From contig OX597843.1 in assembly GCA_951406725.2 (NCBI GenBank), positions 7,440,001 to 7,504,000 of the forward strand: a stretch of DNA of 64,000 nt. Direction: 5' to 3'. The DNA is from Octopus vulgaris. Taxonomy: Eukaryota. Both the position numbers and the translations under genes were made by a program. The notes beneath the pieces are model-generated. The model was not told the origin of the DNA. It searched no databases and saw nothing but the letters and a program-made list of their open reading frames with translations. How positions within the stretch are numbered: position 1 is the stretch's first letter; every line of letters starts with the position of its first letter. Below are positions 1 to 14,055 of the stretch, in pieces.

Positions 1-234
1 AACTACATTTCGAGTTCTACAGTTAATACCAGGGCTAATTCTACATGCCATGAAGTTATCAATTGTGCATATGGTATTCTTAAACGGGCATGTCCTTCAT
101 AATTGTGACCTGATGGAGTTCCTTGGCTTTTCAACAATTTTAATGTTGAGTTTGGTCTCTTTCAGAGCTTTTCTAAATCTACGGGCTAGTTCTCCATGGG
201 CTCTGGCCTCTACTAATATCACTCCTTGAATTTT
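1..234 (-). mobile_element. Penelope-like element fragment (RT to GIY-YIG linker and start of endonuclease), pseudogenised
   Basis: My translation of the minus strand: KIQGVILVEARAHGELARRFRKALKETKLNIKIVEKPRNSIRSQL*RTCPFKNTICTIDNFMACRISPGINCRTRNVV. IKIVE..CPF..C..C..NCR..NVV matches the Cys-rich linker and the start of the GIY motif of PLEs; one in-frame TGA; runs off the window edge. Confidence 0.7.
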
Positions 235-319
235 TACTGGTGAGTGTGTATTTAATAATAAGGCACTAAAAGAGAAAGACTATCCCCAGACACAACAGAA
301 TATACACTGTTTTCGCTAA

Positions 320-762
320 TTACTCTTTCACTCACTTTTGCTACTTTCAGTTATTTGACTGCGGCCATGTTGGAGCACCGCCTTCAGTCAAAGAAATAGA
401 GCCCAGGACCTATTCTCTTTTGCCGAACCGTTCAGTTACGGGTGCGTGAAAACAGCAGCATCGTTTGTCAAGCACTGTTCGATGGATAAAGAGGCATACA
501 CAAACGTATATGTATATATATATATGTATGTATGTATATATATATATATATGTATGTATGTATGTATATATATATATATATATATGTATACACACACGAT
601 GGGCTTCATTTAGTTTCCGTCTACGAAATCTATTCACAAGGCTTTGGTCACCCCGAGGCTATAGTTGAAGACACTTGTCCAAGGTTCCACGCAGTGGGAC
701 TGAACCCAGAACACAGTGGTTCGTAAGCAAGCTACTTATCACAAAGCCGCTCCTACGCCTAG
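320..762 (-). mobile_element. tRNA-derived SINE, family A (diverged copy)
   Basis: Homologous along its length to cleaner copies at 42495-42932 and 45620-46030: tRNA-like head, central (TA)n, 3' tail GGCGGTGCTCCA.CATGGCCGCAGTCAAAT. Confidence 0.85.
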
Positions 763-764
763 CA

Positions 765-809
<45 letters not shown>

Positions 810-810
<1 letters not shown>

Positions 811-905
811 CTATTTATAAAACTGAAATGCGAAAAGTTTGTTTGTTTGTTTGTCTGGAACGGTTTAAAGACCACTACATCCCGTCGGATTGACTCCAAA
901 ATTTA
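810..905 (+). mobile_element. Probable Helitron 5' terminal remnant
   Basis: Starts A|TCTATTTATAAAACTG followed by (GTTT)n, resembling the 5' end of the Helitron at 37099 (TCTATATATATAAAACTG); no 3' CTAG end seen. Confidence 0.4.
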
Positions 906-907
906 CC

Positions 908-1456
908 GTTCGTGATCAATCATTCTCACAGAAATGCGTGCACAAACAGACACAGAATGTCATGGTTTAAAGGTCAACATGTTTAAAACATAAATAGCTA
1001 CGAGTTTGTGTATATGCATGTATCTATGTGCATGAGTGCGGACGTGTTTTCAGAATGTCTCAGTTTTAAAGTCAACATATTTAAAACATAAATAGGTACG
1101 AGATTGCGTCTTTGCATGTATCTATATTCGTGGGTGTGGACGTGTGAGTGTTTGTGCGTGTGTGAGCACAGTCCAGCTATACCCAAGCTGGTTGCATCGT
1201 CTCATAAGAAACAGCCGTGAAAGTTCCGGACCACATTAATGAAACGCATTTGCATACAAACAATTAGGGTTCGACTTGAACTTGTCCGGTTAACAAACAG
1301 TAGTGTCTGAATGGGAATTAGCTTGCTTACCTAACAAATGTTTCCGAGTTCAGTCCCACTGGGTGGCATGTTGGGCAAATGTCTTCTACTATAGTCTCGG
1401 GACGACCAAAGCCTTGTGAGTGGATTTGGGAGATGGAAACTAAAAAAAGACTGTCG

Positions 1457-1500
<44 letters not shown>

Positions 1501-1673
1501 GTAGCAGTAAGAGTGGCTATGTAGCTTGCTTTCCAAACACGGTGTTTCTGGTTCAGTCCAACTGCGTGGCCCCATGGGCAAGTGTCTTCCAATATAGCCT
1601 CAGACAGACCAACGTTTCTGAGTAGATTTTGTACACCGAAACAGAAAGTAGCCCGTGGTATATAGATAGGTAT

Positions 1674-1711
<38 letters not shown>

Positions 1712-1778
1712 GAGTAAACACATAAATGTGAAACAAGGTGGAAAAAAGAGTACTGAATTTTCTGCTGCTTAAAATAAA

Positions 1779-1847
<69 letters not shown>

Positions 1848-2759
1848 CATAGGTATATATTGATAGATATATGTATATACATATAGATATTTAAACATAT
1901 ATGGGATGGCCATAATGGGACATCCGACTCACTAGAGAGAGCAGTTATCTTGCTCATTATAATTTATTAAAAGTAATATAATTATATGTAAGGAAAGTAA
2001 CTCTGGAAGATGTTATCTAGTTATCTCCCTTCCGAGAGTTAATTTCCCTTCATATTTTTTTATTGTTAAATTATAATATTCAAGAGAAGTAACTGTAGAA
2101 GATACTTTGTAGTTATCTCCCTTAAGTATGTAGTTATCGTAATATACACTTTGTCGCTCTTAGACTATTTCAGTTATTTCACTGTGACCATGGTGGAGCA
2201 CCGCCTTTAGTGAAGCAAATCAACCCCAGGAATTATTCTTTGTATGCCTATTACTTAATGCATAGGTCTCTTTTGCAGAACCGAAAAGTTACGGGGACGT
2301 AATGTTCGATATACTGATTTAGTAGGTATTTATTTATTGTAAGAACTTCAATTATCATAAATTATGGGCTAGGAAAAATACTAGAAACTTTTTTGATATA
2401 CCTATTGGGGCTCCTTGTGTGTGTGGGACTGTTTTTATTTATGTGAGTGTGGGTATTTTAATTTCAGTGTTTGTGTGTGAGAGTGTTTTTATTTCTGCAT
2501 GCGCGAGTGTGTGAGCGACTGAGTGTTTCTATTTGTTTGTGTGTGTGCGACACTTACAACTACAACAAACACTTTGACCATTTGTAAGATACCCACATTT
2601 GAGATCACTAAATACTAAATCAAAATAAGTTTAATTTATTGCACATTTATATATATACACGCACACACACACACACACATGTATGTGTTTGTGTATTTAT
2701 ATGTCGTATATTGCGTCGTATATATATATATATGTATATATATATATTATATATATTTA

Positions 2760-2814
<55 letters not shown>

Positions 2815-2978
2815 CAGATATACGTGAATATACCAACACACGTATATGTAGTATCTAAAACAAAAAAGAAACTGTAAGGGATGGAATGGGAGTTCTTTCC
2901 GTTTTATTAAGAAAACTTGCATCTGTATGTGTGATAGTACGTGCGTGCGTGCATTCTCGTGTGCCCTTCGAGTGCAAA

Positions 2979-3017
<39 letters not shown>

Positions 3018-4067
3018 TTAAATATATGTACGACGAGATTCTGTCAGTTTTGTTCCACTAAATCCCATCACAAGGATTAGCTAGGCCCTGGGCTACAATA
3101 GTAGACAATTGCAGAAGATGACAGGCAGTCGGAATGAACCCGAAACCATGTGGTTCGTAAGCAAACTACTTACAACATAGCCATTCATACGTCGATATTC
3201 ATGTATACGACGGCTATTTCAGTTTCCCTCTACAAACTCCACTCAGAAAACATTGGTCGGCCCTAGGCTATAGTCGAATACACTTGCCAAAGGTGCAACG
3301 CTGTTGGTTTGAACTCAGCACATTGCGGTTCGTGAGCAATCATTCTCGCTGAAATGCGAGCACAAACAGACACAGAATGTCACGGTTTAAAGGTCAACAT
3401 GTTTAAAACATAAATAGCTACGAGTTTGCGTATATGGATGTATCTTTGTGCCTGGGTGCGGACGTGTGTTTCCAGAATGTCTCAGTTTTAAGGTCAACAT
3501 ATTTAAAACATAAATAGGTACGAGATTGCGTCTTTGCATGTATCTATATTCGTGGGTGTGGACGTGTGAGTGTTTGTGCGTGTGTGAGCACAGTCCACCT
3601 ATACCCAAGCTGGTTGCATTGTCTCATAAGAACGAGCCATGAAAGTTCCGGACCACATTAATGAACTCATTTGCATACAAACAATTAATTCTCGCCTTGA
3701 ACTTGTCCGGTTACCAAACAGTAGTGTCTGAATGGGAATTAGCTTGCTTACCTAACAAATGTTTCCGTGTTCAGTCCCACTGGGTGGCATGTTGGGCAAA
3801 TGTCTTCTACTATAGTCTCGGGACGATCAAAGCCTTGTGAGTGGATTTGGGAGACGGAAACTAAAAGAAGACTGTCGTATGTATATATATATATATATGT
3901 AGCAGTAAGAGTGGCTATGTAGCTTGCTTTCCAAACACGGTGTTTCTGGTTCTGTCCAACTATGTGGCCCCATGGGCAAGTGTCTTCCAATATAGCCTCG
4001 GACAGACCAACGTTTCTGAGTAGATTTGGTACACCGAAACAGAAAGTAGCCCGTGGTATATAGATAG

Positions 4068-4121
<54 letters not shown>

Positions 4122-4901
4122 TATATATATAATATATATATAATATTGCCATGTCTGAATAATATATTCGAAAGTTACTTCCTCTTGCTCATTATAATTT
4201 ATGAAAAGTAATATAATTGTATGTAAGGAAAGTAACTCTGGAAGATGTTATGTAGTTATCTCCCTTCCGCGAGTTAATCTCCCTTCATATTTTTTTTATT
4301 GTTAAATTATAATATTCAAGGGAAGTAACTGTAGAAGATACTTTGTAGTTATCTCCCTTAGACTGTTTCAGTTATTTCACTGTGACCATTGTGGAGCACT
4401 GCCTTTAGTGAAGCAAATCAACCCCAGGAATTATTCTTTGTATGCCTATTACTTAATGTATAGGTCTCTTTTGCAGAACCGATAAGTTACGGGGACGTAA
4501 TGTTCGATATACTGATTTAGTAGGTATTTATTCATTGTAAGAATTTCAATTATCATAAATTATGGGCTAGGAAAAATACTAGAAACTTTTTTGATATACC
4601 TATTGGGGCTCCTTGTGTGTGTGGGACTGTTTTTATTTATGTGAGTGTGGTATTTTCATTTCAGTGTTTGTGTGTGAGAGTGTTTTTATTTCTGGTGCGC
4701 GAGTGTGGAGCGACTGTTTTCTATTTGTTTGTGTGTGTGCACACTTACAACTACAACAAACACTTTGACCATTTGTAAGATACCACATTTGAGATCACTA
4801 AATACTAAATCAAAATAAGTTAATTTATTGCACATTTATATATAAACACACACACACACACATGTATGTGTTTGTGTATTTATATGTCGTATATTGCGTC
4901 G

Positions 4902-4932
<31 letters not shown>

Positions 4933-5985
4933 AACACATACAGATATATGTGAATATACCAACACACTATATGTAGTATCTAAAACAAAAAAGAAACTGT
5001 AAGGATGGAATGGGAGTTCTTTCCGTTTTATTAAGAAAACTTGCATCTGTATGTGTGATAGTACGTGGTCGTGCATTCTCGTGTGCCCTTCGGTGCAAAC
5101 AAAACACACACACACACACATTTAAACATATGTACGACGAGATTCTGTCAGTTTTCTTCCACTAAATCCCATCACAAGGATTAGCTAGGCCCTGGGCTAC
5201 AATAGTAGACAATTGCAGAAGATGACAGGCAGTGGGAATGAACCCGAAACCATGTGGTTCGTAAGCAAACTACTTACAACATAGCCATTCATACGTCGAT
5301 ATTCATGTATACGACGGCTTCTTTCAGTTTCCCTCTACAAACTCCACTCAGAATACATTGGTCGACCCTAGGCTATAGTCGAATACACTTGCCGAAGGTG
5401 CAACGCTGTTGGTTTGAACTCAGCACATTGCGGTTCGTGAGCAATCATTCTCACAGAAATGCGCGCACAAACAGACACAGAATGTCACGGTTTAAAGGTC
5501 AACATGTTTAAAACATAAATAGCTACGAGTTTGCGTATATGCATATATCTATGTGCCTGGGTGCGGACGTGTGTTTCCAGAATGTTTCAGTTTTAAGGTC
5601 AACATATTTAAAACATAAATAGGTACGAGATTGCGTCTTTGCATGTATCTATATTCGTGGGTGTGGACGTGTGAGTGTTTGTGCGTGTGTGAGCACAGTC
5701 CACCTATACCCAAGCTGGTTGCATTGTCTCATAAGAACCAGCCGTGAAAGTTCCGGATCACATTAATGAACTCATTTGCATACAAACAATTAGGTCTCGC
5801 CTTGAACTTGTCCGGTTAACAAACAGTAGTGTCTGAATGGGAATTAGCTTGCTTACCTAACAAATGTTATCGAGTTCAGTCCCACTGGGTGGCATGTTGG
5901 GCAAATGTCTTCTACTATAGTCTCTGGCCGACCAAAGCCTTGTGAGTGGATTTGGGAGACGGAAACTAAAAGAAGAAGTCTGTCG

Positions 5986-6029
<44 letters not shown>

Positions 6030-6194
6030 GCAGTAAGAGTGGCTACGTAGCTTGCTTTCCAAACCGGTGTTTCTGGTTCTGTCCAACTACGTGGCCCCAT
6101 GGGCAAGTGTCTTCCAATATAGCCACGGACAGACCAACGTTTCTGAGTAGATTTGGTACACCGAAACAGAAAGTAGCCCGTGGTATATAGATAG

Positions 6195-6241
<47 letters not shown>

Positions 6242-6918
6242 TATATATAATATAGAGAGAGAGAGAGAGAGAGAGACAGGTATATATTGACAGATATATG
6301 TATATACGTATAGATATTTAAACATATATGGGATGGCCGTAATGGGACATCCGACTCACTAGAGAGAGCAGTTAAACTCCAAAAAACTCGTAAAATCTAT
6401 GTCATGTCTGAATAATATATTCGAAAGTTACTTCCTCTTGGTCATTATAATTTATTAAAAGTAATATAATTATATGTAAGGAAAGTAACTCTGGAAGATG
6501 TTATCTAGTTATCTCCCTTCCGAGAGTTAATTAATGTATAGGTCTCTTGCAGAACCGATAAGTTACGGGGACGTAATGTTCGATATACTGATTTAGTAGG
6601 TATTTATTCATTGTAAGAATTTCAATTATCATAAATTATGGGCTAGGAAAAATACTAGAAACTTTTTTGATATACCTATTGGGGCTCCTTGTGTGTGTGG
6701 GACTGTTTTTATTTATGTGAGTGTGGGTATTTTCATTTCAGTGTTTGTGTGTGAGAGTGTTTTTATTTCTGTGTGCGCGAGTGTGTGAGCGACTGAGTGT
6801 TTCTATTTGTTTGTGTGTGTGCGACACTTACAACTACAACAAACACTTTGACCATTTGTAAGATATCCACTTTTGAGATCACTAAATACTAAATCAAAAT
6901 AAGTTCAATTTATTGCAC
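908..6918. repeat. Tandem segmental triplication of a 2.1-2.4 kb composite repeat unit
   Basis: Landmark GTTCGTGA.CAATCATTCTC recurs at 908, 3328 and 5433 with collinear downstream blocks; the third copy ends near 6918. Further partial copies near 7080-7980, 15850-16620 and 17260-17510. Confidence 0.9.
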
Positions 6919-8571
6919 CTTTAGTGGCTTCAGATGTTGCTCATATTTTTCCCATGTGTCGTCAATGTATTAATTTCACAAGTGGATGACAGAAATTCTA
7001 ATATAGGCGTGGAGGGAGTTGATATTCTAACTGCGAGTGCAAAGCACCCAATGCCCCTCTACATTCTGAATAAATTGTATGTTTGTGCTAGTTACGGTTA
7101 GGGTTTTATGTGTGAGTGTGTAACTGCGTTTTCATTTCTGTGTGTGGGTGCTTATGTTTGTGTGTGTGTTTGTGCGTATGTTAGTGTGTGAGAGTTTGGA
7201 TGTGTTACCGTATTTTCCATTTGTATTTGTGTGTGTCTGTGTTTGTGCATGTGTAGGTATGTAACTGTTTTCATTTCTGTGTTTGTCCGCGTGTTTGAGT
7301 GTGTGAATATGTATCTGTATTTTTATTTGTGTGTTTGTCTTTGTGTGTATGTGAGTGTTTTTGTGAGAATTTTTTTTTCAGTGTTTGTGTGCGTGGGACT
7401 TTTTATATGTGTGTGTGTTGCTATTTTCATTTAAGTGTCTGTGTTTGTGTGAATGTTTTTATTTTTGTGTGTACGTGTGTGTGAGCGACTGTGTTTTTAT
7501 TCGTTTGTTTGTGCGACAATTACAGCTACAACAAACACTACTGTACCCCAAGGCCGACCTAATCCTTGTGATTGGATTTAGTGGAAGGAAACTGATAAAA
7601 TACCATCGTATATATGTTTAAATGTGTGCGTGTGTGTGTGTGCGTTTGTTCGCACTCGAAGGGCACAACTTATTGAAAACATAAAATAGCTTTGCATGTA
7701 TCTATGTGCATGAGTGCGGAAGTGTGGGTATTTGTTCGTGTGTGAGCACAGTCCACACATACCCAAGGTTGTCGCATCGGCTGTGACCCAACCGCGAAAG
7801 TCTGTTTTACCCAGACATACACATACAGATATACGTGTATATACCCACGCACGTATATGTAGTGTCTAAAACAAAAAAGAAGCTAAGGGATGGAATGTGA
7901 GTTCTTTCCGTTTTATTAAGAAAACTTGCATCTACATGTGTGATAGTACGTGAATGCATTCTCGTGTGCCCTTCGAGTGTCATTATTACTTTATTACAGA
8001 TATTACAACATGAAACGTATTATATGACGTTAGGGAAGTAACTCTAGGAGATATTTTCTGCTATCTCCCTAGTGAACATGGACTTTTCTCGTTATTTACT
8101 CTTTTACTCTCATTTGTTTCAGTCATTTGACTGTGGCCATGTTGGAGCACGACCTTTAGTCGAGCATACCGACCCCAGGACTTATTCATTGTAGGCCTAG
8201 TGCTTATTCTATCAGTCTCTTTCGCTGAACCTCTAAGTTATGGGGACGTAAACAGACTAATATCCGTTGTGTAGCAATGTTTGGGAACAAAGACACACAC
8301 GCACACATAAACATATATATGACTGGAGTTTTCCAGTTTCCTTCCACCAAATCCAATCACAAGGCTTTGGTCGGCTCGGGGCTATAGTAGATTTTTCAAA
8401 CGATGCTGGTGTGTTTTTCGCCCTGTATTTCAGCGGCTCGGCAGAAAAGAATAAGTTAGAATAAATACTAGGCTTAGAAAGAATAAGTGCTGCTGACGAT
8501 GTGCTCGAAGAAGATAGATTGGTATATATATATATATATATATATTTATAAAGATATATCAGATATATATA

Positions 8572-10257
8572 AACTTAGATATGTTTCGACCAAAGATTGG
8601 TCCAGGACATGTCTAACTTAATAGCACCACCTGATAGGATTATTCGAATCCTGTTTAAGTCAAGTTTTGTTCAAGTAGTGAGTTCTTGTTGGGTGAGTTG
8701 TATCCAGTTTTGTTCAAGTAGTGAGTTCTTGTTGGGTGACTTTTGTTCAAGTCCTTGTATCCAATTATGGGTGGCTTATCTGGTATTCTTTGAAGGAATC
8801 TATCCAGACTCTGTTTAAAGTTGATGGGATCCTTTTCCTCTTTGATCTCTCTCGGGACAATGTTAAATAGGGCAGGGCCTGTTGAGGAAAAGAAATTATG
8901 TTGCAGTGTACATGTATGTTGTGATCTTGAATTGGGCAGGGGACGTATAGCCCGTGGTCCAAGTCTTGGATGAACCTTGAAGCTAATGTTTAGGTCGTTT
9001 GGGCATAGTTGGCGGTATATTTTCCACATCGTACAAATGATGTACCGCTCACGCTGGAGGGAGTAAAGTTTCAAGGCTTTAAGGCAATCCCAATAATCGA
9101 GAGCAGCCATGCCTTCAATTCGTTTAGTGAGTGCCCTCTGGGGTGACTCAATTCTGGAGATGTTTAGTCTTGTTTGAGGAGACCACAGTGGGCAGCAGTA
9201 TTCAAGGTGTGGCCGTACAAAGGAGGAAAAAAGTGGTATGATGACACCTTGTTCTCTGGACCGGAAAGTTCTTAAGATCCAGGAACTCATCCTACGAGCT
9301 ATATCGACCTTCTTGTTGATGTGTGCACTCCAACTGTGATGGTCATCAACAATTACACCCAGTTCTCTGATATTGTTAGAGGCTGTGAGCGGTTCCCCTG
9401 AAGGAAGAGAGTATGGCTGTTTTAGTGAGGAGTTTCTTCCAAAATGCATCAGCTCAAATTTTCCCTCGTTTAGTTGTATTTTGTTTCTGTTTGCCCATTG
9501 ACTCACAGCATATAGATCAGACTGGAGTTGAGTTCGGTCTGCTTCTTCATTGACGATTTACTGGAGCTTGGTGTCATCAGCAAATATTTTCACTTTGCAG
9601 TAATGTACGACACTGGAAAGGTCGTTTATGTAGATTATGAAGAGTAGCGGACCCAAGACAGTCCCCTGGGGGTCACCACTGGTGGTGACTTTTGCTGGGC
9701 TTGAGTGGACTCCATCAACTACAACATGTTGTGTTGTATTCGCCAGGAAATACTTGATCCAGTGTAGAACTTCAATGTGGTGTAAGAGCTGTGTTAGACA
9801 GTCCCTGCCACAGCGAAAGCCATGCTGTTTTGCATTTAGGAGTTTGTGGGTCTCCAGGAAGTCAGCCATCCTTGATCTTAACACTCTTTCAAACACTTTG
9901 ATGATGTGGGAGGTGAGTGAGATTGGGCGATAGTTGAGTGCGAGGGATCTGTTTCCCTGTTTGAAAACCGGGATGACTGACTGGGATAGAAACTGTTTTG
10001 GTATATAACCTGCATCTAACGAATTTCTCCAGAGGTTGGTCAGTGGGACTGCAAGTTGGTGTTTACATTCCTTCAGGAGACTAACGGGGAATCCTATCAG
10101 GGCCTACAGCAGAGTAGTATTTGACCTCATTTATTGCTGCTACGATGTCAGTGGGAGTGAAGGTTATGTCTGCAATTTTGTGTTTGGAGTCAACTTCGTT
10201 CGCTTCTCTTACGTCAATATCAGTGGGAACACTAAAGACAGCAGTATTGTTTCTGCA
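8572..10257 (-). mobile_element. 5'-truncated CR1/L2-like non-LTR retrotransposon, ORF2 RT pseudogene (copy 1)
   Basis: Motifs NYRPISLTSH, QHGFR..R.CLTQL, G.PQGTVLGPLLFIIYINDL, IFADDTKL, VRPHLEYC..WSP. Stop at 9558; internal deletion of the D..KAFD motif. 3' UTR stem-loop GACCA-ATCTT-TGGTC-GAAAC. Confidence 0.92.
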
Positions 10258-11298
10258 ATATATATATATATATAGAGAAACATGTATATACATATAGATA
10301 TTTATATATATGTATATGTGTGTATGTTTCGGTGTCCCCAAAACCGCTTGACAACCAATGCCGGTGTTTTTTACACTCCATTAACTTATCCGTTCGGGAA
10401 AAGAAGACCAACAGAATAAATACTAGACTGACGTAGATAAAAGTCCTAGTGTCGATTTGCTCTAGAAAAGGCTGTGCTCTAGCAGTGGCACAGTGAAATG
10501 ACTAAACAAGGAAAAGAGTAAAAGTGTATGCGGTACATCTGAACATTATATTGTAGAGTTAATTAGCTTCCATAATACATTTTGATAATAGTCATGTATT
10601 TAAATGTAAGGGAGGTAACTTTTGAAGATTTTTAAAGTTATCCCCCTTTGTAGAGTTACCCCCATTGAAATTTACAATTTAATAATACATAATAGTTATT
10701 TAATTAAATGTAAGGGAGGTGACTCTGAAAGATTTTTTAGTTATCTCCCTTTCTAGAGTTACTCCCCTTCTATATTATTATTAACTTATAACGTGAAGGT
10801 AAGTAACTCTACGAAGGAAGATAACTCTAAAATCTTCCCGAGTTCCCTTATATCTAATTAAATTACTTTTACTCTTATACTTGTTTCAGTCATTTGACTG
10901 CGGCCATGCTGGAGCACCACCTTTTAGTACTTATTCTATCGGTCTCTTTTTGTCGAACCGCTAAGTGACGGGGACCTAAATACACCAGTATCCGTTGTGT
11001 AGCAATGTTTGGGAACAAAGACACACACGCACACATAAACATATATGTGACTGGAGTTTTCCAGTTTCCTTCCACCAAATCCAATCACAAGGCTTTGGTC
11101 GGCTCGGGGCTATAGTAGATTTTTCAAACGATGCTGGTGTGTTTTTCGCCCTGTATTTCAGCGGCTCGGCAGAAAAGAATAAGTTAGAATAAATACTAGG
11201 CTTAGAAAGAATAAGTGCTGCTGACGATGTGCTCGAAGAAGATAGATTGGTATATATATATATATATATATATTTATAAAGATATATCAGATATATAT

Positions 11299-13015
11299 AA
11301 ACTTAGATATGTTTCGACCAAAGATTGGTCCAGGACATGTCTAACTTAATAGCACCACCTGATAGGATTATTCGAATCCTGTTTAAGTCAAGTTTTGTTC
11401 AAGTAGTGAGTTCTTGTTGGGTGAGTTGTATCCATTTTTGTTCAAGTAGTGAGTTCTTGTTGGGTGAGTTGTATCCAGTTTTGTTCAAGTAGTGAGTTCT
11501 TGTTGTGTGACTTGTATCCAATTATGGGTGGCTTATCTGGTATTCTTTGAAGGAATCTATCCAGACTCTGTTTAAAGTTGATGGGATCCTTTTCCTCTTT
11601 GATCTCTCTCGGGACAATGTTAAATAGGGCAGGGCCTGTTGAGGAAAAGAAATTATGTTGCAGTGTACATGTATGTTGTGATCTTGAATTGGGCAGGGGA
11701 CGTATAGCCCGTGGTCCAAGTCTTGGATGAACCTTGAAGCTAATGTTTAGGTCGTTTGGGCATAGTTGGCGGTATATTTTCCACATCGTACAAATGATGT
11801 ACCGCTCACGCTGGAGGGAGTAAAGTTTCAAGGCTTTAAGGCAATCCCAATAATCGAGAGCAGCCATGCCTTCAATTCGTTTAGTGAGTGCCCTCTGGGG
11901 TGACTCAATTCTGGAGATGTTTAGTCTTGTTTGAGGAGACCACAGTGGGCAGCAGTATTCAAGGTGTGGCCGTACAAAGGAGGAAAAAAGTGGTATGATG
12001 ACACCTTGTTCTCTGGACCGGAAAGTTCTTAAGATCCAGGAACTCATCCTACGAGCTATATCGACCTTCTTGTTGATGTGTGCACTCCAACTGTGATGGT
12101 CATCAACAATTACACCCAGTTCTCTGATATTGTTAGAGGCTGTGAGCGGTTCCCCTGAAGGAAGAGAGTATGGCTGTTTTAGTGAGGAGTTTCTTCCAAA
12201 ATGCATCAGCTCAAATTTTCCCTCGTTTAGTTGTATTTTGTTTCTGTTTGCCCATTGACTCACAGCATATAGATCAGACTGGAGTTGAGTTCGGTCTGCT
12301 TCTTCATTGACGATTTACTGGAGCTTGGTGTCATCAGCAAATATTTTCACTTTGCAGTAATGTACGACACTGGAAAGGTCGTTTATGTAGATTATGAAGA
12401 GTAGCGGATCCAAGACAGTCCCCTGGGGGTCACCACTGGTGGTGACTTTTGCTGGGCTTGAGTGGACTCCATCAACTACAACATGTTGTGTTGTATTCGC
12501 CAGGAAATACTTGATCCAGTGTAGAACTTCAATGTGGTGTAAGAGCTGTGTTAGACAGTCCCTGCCACAGCGAAAGCCATGCTGTTTTGCATTTAGGAGT
12601 TTGTGGGTCTCCAGGAAGTCAGCCATCCTTGATCTTAACACTCTTTCAAACACTTTGATGATGTGGGAGGTGAGTGAGATTGGGCGATAGTTGAGTGCGA
12701 GGGATCTGTTTCCCTGTTTGAAAACCGGGATGACTGACTGGGATAGAAACTGTTTTGGTATATAACCTGCATCTAACGAATTTCTCCAGAGGTTGGTCAG
12801 TGGGACTGCAAGTTGGTGTTTACATTCCTTCAGGAGACTAACGGGGAATCCTATCAGGGCCTACAGCAGAGTAGTATTTGACCTCATTTATTGCTGCTAC
12901 GATGTCAGTGGGAGTGAAGGTTATGTCTGCAATTTTGTGTTGGGAGTCAACTTCGTTCGCTTCTCTTACGTCAATATCAGTGGGAACACTAAAGACAGCA
13001 GTATTGTTTCTGCAA
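11299..13015 (-). mobile_element. 5'-truncated CR1/L2-like LINE, ORF2 RT pseudogene (copy 2)
   Basis: Same motifs, stop and deletion as copy 1 (ORFs 11442-12263, 12315-12653). Confidence 0.92.
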
Positions 13016-13624
13016 TATATATATATATAGAGAAACATGTATATACATATAGATATTTATATATATGTATATGTGTGTATGTTTCGGTGTCCCCAAAACC
13101 GCTTGACAACCAATGCCGGTGTTTTTTACACTCCATTAACTTATCCGTTCGGGAAAAGAAGACCAACAGAATAAATACTAGACTGACGTAGATAAAAGTC
13201 CTAGTGTCGATTTGCTCTAGAAAAGGCTGTGCTCTAGCAGTGGCACAGTGAAATGACTAAACAAGGAAAAGAGTAAAAGTGTATGCGGTACATCTGAACA
13301 TTATATTGTAGAGTTAATTAGCTTCCATAATACATTTTGATAATAGTCATGTATTTAAATGTAAGGGAGGTAACTTTTGAAGATTTTTAAAGTTATCCCC
13401 CTTTGTAGAGTTACCCCCATTGAACTTTACAATTTAATAATACATAATAGTTATTTAATTAGATGTAAGGGAGGTGACTCTGAAAGATTTTTTAGTTATC
13501 TCCCTTTCTAGAGTTACTCCCCTTCTATATTATTATTAACTTATAACGTGAAGGTAAGTAACTCTACGAAGGAAGATAACTCTAAAATCTTCCCGAGTTC
13601 CCTTATATCTAATTAAATTACTTT

Positions 13625-13955
13625 TACTCTTATACTTGTTTCAGTCATTTGACTGCGGCCATGCTGGAGCACCACCTTTTAGTACTTATTCTATCGGTCT
13701 CTTTTTGTCGAACCGCTAAGTGACGGGGACCTAAATACACCAGCATCGGTTGTCAAGCAATGCTAGGGGGACAAACACACACACATATACATATACATAC
13801 GACAGGCTTCCTTCAGTTTCCGTCTACCAAATCCACTAACAAGGCATTGGTCGGCCCGGGGCTATAGCAGAAGACACTTGCCCAAGATGCCACGCAATTG
13901 GACTGAACCCGGAACTATGTGGTTGGTTAGCAAGCTACTTACCACTGCTTCGCCT
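13625..13955 (-). mobile_element. tRNA-derived SINE, family A
   Basis: Tail-to-head match to family A; contains the right breakpoint of the 2.7 kb duplication. Confidence 0.85.
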
Positions 13956-14055
13956 ATTATGTATTAAATTATATATTCTAGGGAAGTGACTCTAGAAAGG
14001 GAAATAGGTACAAGATTTTCCACAGTTACTTCCCTTACATGTAATTACATTACGA

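Larger units (their letters stand above)
8261..13743. repeat. Near-identical tandem duplication, unit about 2.73-2.76 kb, containing a LINE
   Basis: TATCCGTTGTGTAGCAATGTTTGGG starts at 8261 and 10989; duplicated ORFs in the track are nearly identical (8655/11442, 9558/12315). Confidence 0.95.

Noticed and set aside
97-99. In-frame TGA in the PLE fragment as selenocysteine
   Set aside because: It is not at an evident conserved Cys position and no SECIS can be shown; a nonsense mutation is simpler.
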